From: Nitrospinales bacterium
GTDB lineage: Bacteria; Nitrospinota; Nitrospinia; Nitrospinales; VA-1
Direction: 5' to 3'
NCBI GenBank assembly: GCA_965223795.1
Contig: CBDCXL010000002.1
Span: 1,920,001-1,984,000, forward strand
DNA length: 64,000 bases
Part shown: one piece after another, positions 19,029 to 27,500 of the stretch
How the letters are laid out: each line of letters opens with the position of its first letter
How positions within the stretch are numbered: position 1 is the first letter of the stretch
The notes under the pieces: generated by a model
Seen by the model: only the letters and a program-made list of their open reading frames with translations
Database searches by the model: none
What the model was told of the DNA's origin: nothing
Position numbers and translations under genes: made by a program

Positions 19029-19439
19029 TCACTGCAACTGCGTGCCGGAATCCTCCATCACGCCGGTGTCGCCGCTCATCGTGCCCGCTTCAAGATCCGG
19101 GGGCGTGTCGGACTGCAGATTGCAATCCCAGCCCCAGACGGAAAGCTGATCGACGAAGGTCGCGGTTTTGTCTTCACAGTAGCCCGCCTGGTTGTCCGCG
19201 CGCCAGAGCACCTGTTCCATGCCGGGCTCTTCGGTGTCCTTGTAGTAGCGCACTTCGCAGGGCACGGTATCGTCCAGCTCAAAATAATGCACTTCCACGC
19301 GTCTTTCGCTGTCGCCGTTCATGCACATGAACCGGTCTCCCCGGCGCAGCGAGTCCTGAGCCTGGGCCTGCGCGAACACAGCCAGGACCATCCCTAAAAC
19401 CAGAGTGCAAACGGCGAGCCCTTTTTGGGTAGCGGCCAT
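19029..19439 (-). CDS. Secreted hypothetical protein (four Cys)
   Basis: Signal peptide AQAQA, GGAGG RBS, PCEVRYYK and GYCEDK motifs. Confidence 0.7.
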   Translation of the reverse strand: MAATQKGLAVCTLVLGMVLAVFAQAQAQDSLRRGDRFMCMNGDSERRVEVHYFELDDTVPCEVRYYKDTEEPGMEQVLWRADNQAGYCEDKTATFVDQLSVWGWDCNLQSDTPPDLEAGTMSGDTGVMEDSGTQLQ

Positions 19440-19724
19440 CGGCCTTCCTCCTTTTATCGGTTGGACAAGAAATGCGTTGGGCGAAGGAATTCGCGGCGAG
19501 GCCGGACGCTCCGCCGAAGCCTCAACTTCGCCCGATCGGGTGGGTACGGGTTCTCACCCGGTTCGATATTTCCCCTTGAATCCAGTGTTTTCTATTTTTC
19601 CAAGAAAAATCAACGGTATTTCTCGGTCCTCACCGGCGGGACGGACTTAACCTGCAGAATTTCATGCTTTTGTGAACGGATAAAAATCCGGATCGCGGCA
19701 TGAAACGGGGCGGTAACCCGAAGG

Positions 19725-20129
19725 TCAGAAGCGGAATTTGAACAGGACCGGGGGATCGGTGTGGACGCCGCTCTTGGGGGTGGAATAGAACGGGTCCCAG
19801 GGGTCGGGATGTTCCCTGGGATCGTAATGCGGGGAGGACGGGCTTTCGATGCGTCCCTTCTCAAGTGTCAGACTTTTGTCCTTTTGTTCCTGTTGCTGTT
19901 CCCGCCAGTTGTTTTGCGGTTCTTTTTTTTGCCGCCATTCCTGTTTCAAATCGAACACCCGCTTCGAAAGCGGGACACGGGAATCATCGGGGGCGGAAAG
20001 TGGCGGCAGCGGATTGGCGCGGACCGCGACGTTGAGGGCGAGCGTCATCGCGACCGCCGTGGTGAGAAACAAAAACGCGAAGGGTTTTTTGTTATCCGAA
20101 AGTTCTATTGCAAGTGATCCTGTTGCCAT
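19725..20129 (-). CDS. Secreted/membrane hypothetical protein
   Basis: Hydrophobic N-terminal segment and a C-terminus ending FKFRF. Start uncertain. Confidence 0.5.
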   Translation of the reverse strand: MATGSLAIELSDNKKPFAFLFLTTAVAMTLALNVAVRANPLPPLSAPDDSRVPLSKRVFDLKQEWRQKKEPQNNWREQQQEQKDKSLTLEKGRIESPSSPHYDPREHPDPWDPFYSTPKSGVHTDPPVLFKFRF

Positions 20130-20929
20130 TTTAAGGACTCAAACCAGTAAGCGTGGGTCGATTTCAGCCAGTTGTCCGCTTCGCGCGTGACGATCCAGGC
20201 ATTGAGAAAGCTTAAAAAGTCGACGTCCCCCTGGGGGATCGCAAACCCCGCCTGGTAGACCAGCAGCGCCTTGGACAAGGGCACGTCGATTTTATCCGAA
20301 TGCCGCAGCGCCAGAAAACGCGGCTGCGGTTTCGATGCCATGTAGGCGTGGACGCTGCCGGACAGGAGCGCCTGTTCCGCTTCCTTGCTTTTTTTGAACT
20401 CTTCGATGGCGGCCTTGGCGAAAATACGTCGCGCCAGGTTTGCGGACACGGTGGCCGCGACGACGGCGATTTTGATTTGCTTCTGATTGAGTTCCTTGAG
20501 GCTTTTGATGTGCCGGGTGGCTTTGGTGTTGGTGGCCAGGTTGATGCCCGAGGTTGCGTAGGGCCGGCTGAAATTCACCTTAAGCGCCCGCTTCGGGGTG
20601 ATGGCCATACCGCCGGCGATGATGTCGATCTCTCCTTTTTTGAGCGCCGGGATCAACTCTTCCCAAATGTAGGGGATGAGCTTCACCGTGACGCCCATGT
20701 CGCGGGCGAGTTTGTTGGCCACGTCGATCTCGAAGCCGACGAGTTTCCCGTCTTTGTCCTTGAGCGTCCAGGGTGTGAAGATGGAAACACCGACGCGCAG
20801 GGTTTTGGATGCGAGGATCTGCTGGAATGTGCGTGTCGTCGCCGCCTCATCGGCGAAGGCGGAAGAAATCCCGCCCAGTGTCAGGCACACAACGAAAGCG
20901 GCGGTGCAAAAAAGCGGTCGAAAGGTCAT
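20105..20929 (-). CDS. Amino-acid ABC transporter substrate-binding protein (SBP_bac_3)
   Basis: TLRVG, GKLVGFEIDVA, WEELIPALKKGEIDIIAGGMAITPKRALKVNFSRPY. Confidence 0.88.
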   Translation of the reverse strand: MTFRPLFCTAAFVVCLTLGGISSAFADEAATTRTFQQILASKTLRVGVSIFTPWTLKDKDGKLVGFEIDVANKLARDMGVTVKLIPYIWEELIPALKKGEIDIIAGGMAITPKRALKVNFSRPYATSGINLATNTKATRHIKSLKELNQKQIKIAVVAATVSANLARRIFAKAAIEEFKKSKEAEQALLSGSVHAYMASKPQPRFLALRHSDKIDVPLSKALLVYQAGFAIPQGDVDFLSFLNAWIVTREADNWLKSTHAYWFESLKWQQDHLQ

Positions 20930-21049
20930 GCTTTGTCCTCAACTCGTATTGAATAAAAAAAACAAGATAATGCATTTCCGCGGCGGAGGCAATTCACGCC
21001 GGGTCCGGGCAGCGGCTGCGGCCCGCAGCGGGCAACGCGGTGCGGCGGG

Positions 21050-21862
21050 TCAACGCTTGAATTCCTGCATGGCGCGGGCAAGGTCATCGGGCGTGCCGAT
21101 ATCCAGCCAGCGGCCTTCGGGGAAGGTTTCCGCTTCCAGAGGATGCCCCTCCGCCAGCCAGGCCTGCATCACATTGCCCACGTAAAATTCCCGCGATTCG
21201 AGCTCGTGCATCTTGTTGGTTTTGCGCGCCGCCAGAACCAGGCGGGCGAGGTGGTCGTGCAGGTAGCGGGAGAATCGGGGCGTCCACACCGCCATCACCC
21301 AGCAGGTGCCCGGCTCGCTGCTATCGGGCTTGATGGTGATGCGGGTCACCCGGCCCGCGGCGTCGGTTTCCACCATATCGGTTTTGCGCGGATTGTGGGT
21401 GGGGAAAAGACCGAGGACCACGTCGGCGCCGCCGCGCTCCTGGCGCTCGAGCAGCTTGACGTAAGCGTCCTCCGGCTTGAGCAAGACGTCGGGATAACCC
21501 AGGGCGACGCGGTTGTTTTCGAGGAACGGCCAGGCCTGGTCGATGCTGAAGGGACTGCCGTAGGGATGGCCCATCATGAGATACGCAAGGTGCAGGCCAA
21601 ACCGTTCGCCGTCCTGGAAGAAAGCGGGGATGTCCCATTTGCCGGGGCGGATGACCATGAACGCGCGGCCGATGCCTGCCGCCCGAAACCGTTCCAGGAG
21701 GTACTGGCAGGCCACTCTGGGGCGCGGGCCGCCGCCGTCTTCGGAGTCGAGGCCCAGGGGGAACACTTCCTTGCTGCAGGGCAGGGAGCCGAGACGCCGG
21801 CCCCAGCCTGCGGCGGGGATGAGACCGATGACATCGCTGGATTGTTCGGGGGAACGGGACAC
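21050..21862 (-). CDS. Sugar-phosphate nucleotidyltransferase (RmlA-like)
   Basis: GLIPAAGWGRRLGSLPCSKE N-terminal motif and WLDIGTPDDL C-terminal motif. Confidence 0.82.
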   Translation of the reverse strand: MSRSPEQSSDVIGLIPAAGWGRRLGSLPCSKEVFPLGLDSEDGGGPRPRVACQYLLERFRAAGIGRAFMVIRPGKWDIPAFFQDGERFGLHLAYLMMGHPYGSPFSIDQAWPFLENNRVALGYPDVLLKPEDAYVKLLERQERGGADVVLGLFPTHNPRKTDMVETDAAGRVTRITIKPDSSEPGTCWVMAVWTPRFSRYLHDHLARLVLAARKTNKMHELESREFYVGNVMQAWLAEGHPLEAETFPEGRWLDIGTPDDLARAMQEFKR

Positions 21863-21940
21863 GATGGGATTCCTAATCTGGGTTGCCGCCGGAGAATGCG
21901 CCGGCAGGTCGTTGAATTATAGCAGTGATTTCGTCCGGAC

Positions 21941-22291
21941 TCACCGCCTGGGCTCCCGCTTTTCCGCGCAGGGAACGCAGAGCACGTTTTCCGGCATGGC
22001 GAGCAGGCGGCCTGCGGGAATCGCGTTGCCGCAGCGGATGCAGAGGCCGAAATCGGGACGGTCCACATTCTTAAGGGCGGTCTCAAGCCGGGCCAGTTTG
22101 GCGCGGGCGGCGTTTAAAGAGTTTTCGCTCACGGCCTGACTGTTGATGGCTTCCATGCGCGTCAGGCGGCCCAGTGCGTTGTCCGGCGCGACGGGCTTCG
22201 CCGATTCGGTAAGACTTTCAATGAGTTTTTTCTGGGCCGTGATTTCGCCGGTGATTTGCCGTTTGAGTTCTTTACTTTTTTCCTGGGGCAT
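21941..22291 (-). CDS. TraR/DksA family C4 zinc-finger protein
   Basis: FGLCIRCGNAIPAGRLLAMPENVLCVPCA preceded by a coiled coil. Confidence 0.85.
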   Translation of the reverse strand: MPQEKSKELKRQITGEITAQKKLIESLTESAKPVAPDNALGRLTRMEAINSQAVSENSLNAARAKLARLETALKNVDRPDFGLCIRCGNAIPAGRLLAMPENVLCVPCAEKREPRR

Positions 22292-22586
22292 GGGAACATC
22301 CTAGCATCGATTGAAACCATTTCAGCATGCGGTCAAACGAGTTGCCTTCTTTTTTTGGACAGCGGCCATGACGGGGAAGGAAGTCTTTGATCGGCAAAGG
22401 GCGCAGACCGTGGTGGCTGAGAACCAAAGGAATTGACCGGTATCGGCATGCCGGTGTTGACAATCCTTCCTGCCGCACCTAAACCATTATCATGCAATCC
22501 CTATTGGGTTTCCACGGGTTTCTTTGTTTCCCGATCACGTATAGAGGGTCTGAAAGAATCGTTCAATTTGAATAAGGAATAATACG

Positions 22587-23618
22587 ATGAAATTTCAAAC
22601 AGTCAGCGCGGTCTTTTTTTCCATGATGGCCCTGGTCGCTAGCGGATGCGGCGGGGGCGCTTCGGCTTCCAACAATGTGGCGGCGGGGAGTGGAAGCCAG
22701 ACTCCGGCTTCTTCCGCTGTGAGCGATTCGGGAAACCGGCCCATGCTTGCCTCTGCCGATCAATCCTCCGGCGTGGGCAGTCTGGGAAAAGCCAAGTACA
22801 AGAAAACGGTTGCCGTGTCCCGGTTTGAAAACAAGACCAATGCCCGCGGCCAGCTCACTCTCGGCAGGGGCATGTCCGATCAGCTCGCCGACGCCCTGGT
22901 CAACAGCGGCAATTTTGTCGTGGTCGAGCGGCAGAACCTGAGCGATGTGCTGACGGAGCAGGATTTTGCGCGCAGCGGCCGGACGGCCAAGTCCAAAACC
23001 GCGCAGACGGGTAAAGTCGTTCCCTCGCAGATCCTGATCAAGGGAACGGTCACGGAATTTGAAAGCGAAACCAGCGGCGGCGGTTCCGGTTTCAGCTTCA
23101 AGGGCATCACGCTGGGACAGGAATCGACCAACGCGCACGTGGGCCTGATGATTCGCATCATCGACACGACCACCGGCGAAGTGCTGGCGTCCGAGCGGGT
23201 GGAAGGCAAGGCCGAATCCGGCGGAACCAAGATCGGACTCAGCAAGGGCGGTTACGGGTTCGAGACCGAAGGCTTCAAGAGCACGCCTCTCGGCAAGGCC
23301 ACGCAGATCGCCATCGACCGGGCTGTTTTTCAGATCATTGAAAAGCTGAACGCCATGCCGTTCGAGGGCAAGATCATCCAGGTCAAGGGAGAAACCATCT
23401 ACACCAATATCGGCGAAAGAAACGGCGCCGCGCCGGGAGATGTGTTTACCGTGTTCTCCACCGGCGAGGAGATGATCGACCCGGATACGGGTGAAAGCCT
23501 GGGCTCGGAAGAAGAAAAGGTGGGCACCATCAAGCTCACTTCCGTGAAGGAGAAGTTTTCCAAGGCCTCGGTTGCCAGCGGGCAGGCTTTCGCCAAAGGG
23601 TTCCTCGTCAAGGAATGA
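22587..23618 (+). CDS. CsgG/HfaB-family lipoprotein with FlgT-like C-terminal domain
   Basis: Lipobox ASGC, VAVSRFENKT, FVVVERQNL, LIKGTVTEFE, RIIDTTTGEVL, C-terminal IDPDTGESLG. Confidence 0.82.
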   Translation: MKFQTVSAVFFSMMALVASGCGGGASASNNVAAGSGSQTPASSAVSDSGNRPMLASADQSSGVGSLGKAKYKKTVAVSRFENKTNARGQLTLGRGMSDQLADALVNSGNFVVVERQNLSDVLTEQDFARSGRTAKSKTAQTGKVVPSQILIKGTVTEFESETSGGGSGFSFKGITLGQESTNAHVGLMIRIIDTTTGEVLASERVEGKAESGGTKIGLSKGGYGFETEGFKSTPLGKATQIAIDRAVFQIIEKLNAMPFEGKIIQVKGETIYTNIGERNGAAPGDVFTVFSTGEEMIDPDTGESLGSEEEKVGTIKLTSVKEKFSKASVASGQAFAKGFLVKE

Positions 23619-23677
23619 ACCCAAAGCCTGGGCATAGACAGACAATCCAACAATCCTTTATATGAAAGTGGAGGATC

Positions 23678-23890
23678 ATGCGACATTCCTTACTCTGGAT
23701 GGGAGGGCTGACGGTTTTTTTGCTCACCGCCTGCTCGGGTATGAACAAGGGGCTGGACAGCGCGAACGAAGGCGCTCACCAGGCGGGAAAACCCGTCGGC
23801 AAGGTGATGAAGCTTCCCAGTTCGGTCATGGAAGGCGCGGCGGAAGGCACGACCACGAAGGAAAGTCAGGACAATCCGCTGAACCGTTGA
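23678..23890 (+). CDS. Small lipoprotein
   Basis: Lipobox LTAC and GGAGG RBS. Confidence 0.7.
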   Translation: MRHSLLWMGGLTVFLLTACSGMNKGLDSANEGAHQAGKPVGKVMKLPSSVMEGAAEGTTTKESQDNPLNR

Positions 23891-24355
23891 CCGGCACGGG
23901 CGATTTCCTGCTGATCCGTTTTCCAGTCATCCCGCTTGCAGGAACGGGGCGTATAAAAATTCAATAGCGACGCAAAACAGCCGTTCTCCGGTGTGAACCG
24001 GAGACGGCGTCCTTCGCTCCATTCTCCCGCCACAATGCGCCGGTTTACGGGCGTATTCTTATGATGTGCTTTCAAACGCACTGAATTTTCCTTTCCTGTC
24101 GACCTGAATCCACCTTCCTCACGCAGTGCTCTCCAATTCCGTTCCGGGCAACTCATTTTCAATCCTATTGCAAAGTTGTCACCCGCTCTTGGCGGATTTG
24201 TGACATGGAGCTTTTATTCTGGAGTGTGCTTCCCATTCGTGATTTCGCACGCTTTGACTGTGAATCCGCAGCGGGTGGGGAGTGTCCGTGGCGTGACGGA
24301 ACCGGAAACGATATTCGGTCCGCTGCCACAACTTCACCTATTAAGATGAGTCCCT

Positions 24356-25498
24356 ATGAAAGATCGTGGTGAACGTTCTGTTTTGATCATCGACGGCAAC
24401 TGCCAGCTGTCCGTGGTCGTGCTGCGGAGTCTGGCTCGGATTCCCGGCCTGAAGGTGCACATACTCTCCAGTCACCCCGAAACTTCCGTGCGTTTTTGCC
24501 GGCACCGCGCTTCGTTTCACCTGCACGCCGGGGAAGACGATGATGCGGCCTACTTCAAGGCCATCGCCGAGACCGCAAAGCGGGTGAAGGCGGATGTCCT
24601 CTTTCCCGTGAGTGGAGTGGGCATCGGTTTTACCGCAAAGCACAAACAGGCCCTGCAAAAGATCGCCCGTCTCGCGCCGGTTCCGAGCCTGGACAGTTTC
24701 GACACCGCCGACGACAAGTGGCAGCTCGCACAGCTCATGCAGCGGGAAAAGATCCCGGCGCCGCACACGCTGTTCTGGACCCGGGACGATGCGTTCGAAC
24801 GTGAACTCGATCGAATGCGCTTTCCCGTTTTGATCAAGCCCACGCGCTGCAACCACGGCACCCGCATCCGCGGGTTTGAAGACCGTGCGGCTCTCTCGCG
24901 GTTTCTCACCGACAACCGCGACGATGCACGTCCTTACATCATCCAGAGCCGGGTGCCGGGATACGACATCGACTGCAGTGTGTTCTGCCGGGACGGCCGC
25001 ATTGTGGCGCACACGGTGCAGAAGGCGCTCATCGAAAATCCGGTGCCGTTTCGAACGCCGCTGGCGCTCGAGTTCGTACACCACGATGAGGTGTTGCATG
25101 TGGTGCGCCGGCTCATGCGGGCGCTCAACTTCAACGGTGTGGCGCACGTGGATTTGCGTGTGGATTCCCGGGACGGCCGCGTGAAGGTGATCGAAATCAA
25201 CCCCCGCTATTGGGCCAGCCTGCCGGGTTCGCTGGCGGCCGGGGTGAATTTCCCAAAGCTTGCGCTGCACGCGGCGCTGGGACAGCCGCTGCCCGCATTC
25301 GAATACCGGCCGCGCCGCTATATGGATGCGATGGGACTGTTGAAAAAATGGACGCACCGCCTGCCGGGCGGCAGCCCGCCCGCGTTCAAAATTTCGGAAA
25401 TCGGCTGGGAGCCGCTGCTCTCCGATCCGTTGCCGGTGCTCTGGATGAGCTTGAAAAAACTGTGGAAACCGATCGCCCACTTCTCAAAGGCGAAGTGA
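24356..25498 (+). CDS. ATP-grasp domain protein
   Basis: DDKW, FPVLIKP, IIQ, GVAHVDLR, KVIEINPRYW, AGVNFP. Confidence 0.85.
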   Translation: MKDRGERSVLIIDGNCQLSVVVLRSLARIPGLKVHILSSHPETSVRFCRHRASFHLHAGEDDDAAYFKAIAETAKRVKADVLFPVSGVGIGFTAKHKQALQKIARLAPVPSLDSFDTADDKWQLAQLMQREKIPAPHTLFWTRDDAFERELDRMRFPVLIKPTRCNHGTRIRGFEDRAALSRFLTDNRDDARPYIIQSRVPGYDIDCSVFCRDGRIVAHTVQKALIENPVPFRTPLALEFVHHDEVLHVVRRLMRALNFNGVAHVDLRVDSRDGRVKVIEINPRYWASLPGSLAAGVNFPKLALHAALGQPLPAFEYRPRRYMDAMGLLKKWTHRLPGGSPPAFKISEIGWEPLLSDPLPVLWMSLKKLWKPIAHFSKAK

Positions 25499-25622
25499 GA
25501 ACCGGTCCGTTGCCGATTTTTTGCCAGAAGCGGCGTCCCTCCAAGCCCGCAATAACCTGCGAAAATTCCCCACATTATCCTAAGGGCAAATAAATCAAAA
25601 CCCGCATTTCGGAATGCGCCCA

Positions 25623-25651
25623 TTGACAGTCCTGCGGCCGGGTGTGATACT
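25623..25651 (+). promoter_or_regulatory. Putative sigma70 promoter
   Basis: TTGACA-17 nt-GATACT upstream of the lipoprotein gene at 25709. Confidence 0.5.
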
Positions 25652-25708
25652 TGAGTCATCTCTGACATGTTTTTTGATTTAGACCGAATCTGTATGAGGA
25701 GTTTCTCC

Positions 25709-25984
25709 ATGAAACATGGATTCTTCGGTGTTTTGTTTGTTGTCGCCTGTACCGGCATGTTTGGTTGCGCCATCGATCCAATCGACTGGAAGCCGGTGGG
25801 CGGCTGGGAAACGCTCGATTCCAAGCACAGGGCGGAAACCATCCAACAGTGCAAAGAAAAAGAAGATTTCATGAAATGCATGTACGCCAACTCGTATGTG
25901 CGTACGAAAGACGGTTCGGTCCTGTCTTTGAGCCATCTTGAATCGGAACAGGAAGAAATTTCCGTGACCGAGTTCAAACCCTGA
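25709..25984 (+). CDS. Small lipoprotein
   Basis: GAGGAG RBS, lipobox MFGC, C...CMYANSY motif. Confidence 0.65.
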   Translation: MKHGFFGVLFVVACTGMFGCAIDPIDWKPVGGWETLDSKHRAETIQQCKEKEDFMKCMYANSYVRTKDGSVLSLSHLESEQEEISVTEFKP

Positions 25985-26396
25985 TTGGAAGCGCCCGCTT
26001 CAACGCCTGTTCTGTAAGCATTCTTCAATCTGCAAAGATTTTTTTTGCGCCGCTCACGCGGATGCCAACCGTTCGATCCCGCATTCAATTCGTTGCCAAC
26101 ACGAACTCGTTGTTCTTTCCCTACTCTTTGGGAACGCATCTTCCCTTTTCCAGAAAACGCCGTTCGATAGAACGGGACTTGTCTTTCCTTCATTTTTCAA
26201 ATTCTGAAAGCTGAAACCGGATCTGCGCGCCGCCCTGCGCGCAAGGGAGCGCAGCGGGCGGTCCGGCCTGAGGCCCTCACTGCGCTGAGGACCTAATGGC
26301 TTGTTTACAAAGTGAGTCTTGCGCTCAGGTTGACAGTGCAGGCTGCATTCGAATGATGGCGTCGCAAAATATCCTTCATGTGAATTCATTACAAAT

Positions 26397-26425
26397 TTGC
26401 CATGAGTTAACAATTGAGGTATGAT
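26397..26425 (+). promoter_or_regulatory. Putative sigma70 promoter of the decaheme cytochrome-porin pair
   Basis: TTGCCA-17 nt-TATGAT ending 26 nt before ATG 26452. Confidence 0.45.
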
Positions 26426-26451
26426 TCGCCCATCTTGCTCAAGGTCGGGCT

Positions 26452-27411
26452 ATGACTACCTTTCGTGTGCAGACAGAAACCAGGACGTTTCTGCTTTTTA
26501 GCCTTCTCGTTGCTTCGTTGTTGATCTTGAATTGCGATGCGTCCGCCGGTGAACGGGTCAAGTGGGACAAGGTCAATTCCCGTGCTGGCGGTTCCACATC
26601 CTTGTCGGATCTGGATGGATGCCGTGAATGCCATGCGGCTTACATCAAAGGATTCGAACGCACCAAACACGCACGCGCTTTCCGAGCGGGCCTGGGAAAA
26701 CGTAAAGGGCTTTTCTGCGAAGAATGCCACGGCCCTTTAGGAAATCACAAAGACGATCCGGTGAAGGAATTCGGGACGCCGTTTGTGGTTTCTTTCAAAA
26801 AAATTCCTTCCGAAACGAAAAACCGCATCTGCCTGCAATGTCATGAAAGCGGACTGCGCATGGACTGGCAGGGAAGCCCGCACGAAGCCACGGGCGTCAA
26901 CTGCACCAATTGCCATTATGTGACAAAGAAACGCAGCAAACGGAAACTCTTCATCTATGAGGATTCCAAAAACGCCTGCTTCCAATGTCACCGTGGGCTC
27001 AAAGCAAGACTGCTCAGAAACTCGCACCATCCTCTGCGTGAAGGAAAAATGGATTGTGCGAGCTGCCACAACCCGCACGGCGGGCCGGGACCGAGCCTTC
27101 TGAAAATGGCGACGGTCAACGAGACCTGCAACAGCTGCCATCAGGAAAAACGCGGCCCCTTCGTCTGGGAGCACGCCCCCGTCCGGGAAAACTGTCTCAC
27201 CTGCCATGAATCGCACGGATCCAATTTCAGCCGGCTGTTGAAACGTCGTGCCCCGTATCTTTGCCAGGAATGCCATATCAGTGGACACGTCAGCTCTCTG
27301 TTTGATGGAGCGGACCTGGGGTCGCAGTTTTTCCGCGGGAAGTCTTGTTTGAATTGTCATAGTAAGGTTCACGGATCGAACCACCCTTCCGGGGCCCGGT
27401 TCCAGAGATAA
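26452..27411 (+). CDS. Periplasmic decaheme c-type cytochrome, DmsE/MtrA/MtoA/PioA family
   Basis: Ten CxxCH motifs (CRECH, CEECH, CLQCH, CTNCH, CFQCH, CASCH, CNSCH, CLTCH, CQECH, CLNCH), KRGPFVWEHAPV, C-terminal HGSNHPSG, Sec-type signal peptide. Confidence 0.93.
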   Translation: MTTFRVQTETRTFLLFSLLVASLLILNCDASAGERVKWDKVNSRAGGSTSLSDLDGCRECHAAYIKGFERTKHARAFRAGLGKRKGLFCEECHGPLGNHKDDPVKEFGTPFVVSFKKIPSETKNRICLQCHESGLRMDWQGSPHEATGVNCTNCHYVTKKRSKRKLFIYEDSKNACFQCHRGLKARLLRNSHHPLREGKMDCASCHNPHGGPGPSLLKMATVNETCNSCHQEKRGPFVWEHAPVRENCLTCHESHGSNFSRLLKRRAPYLCQECHISGHVSSLFDGADLGSQFFRGKSCLNCHSKVHGSNHPSGARFQR

Positions 27412-27500
27412 TTCCTGTTCTTGTGTTGGATTTATGATTGCTATTCGATCTGAGCAGCTTGATTGCAAGTGTCTAAAGTGAAACCGGTGGGGGCGGATTC

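Noticed and set aside
26377..26395. CRP/FNR-like site TGTGAATTCATTACA upstream of the decaheme gene
   Set aside because: The half-site spacing does not fit TGTGA-N6-TCACA, so the match is too weak to call.
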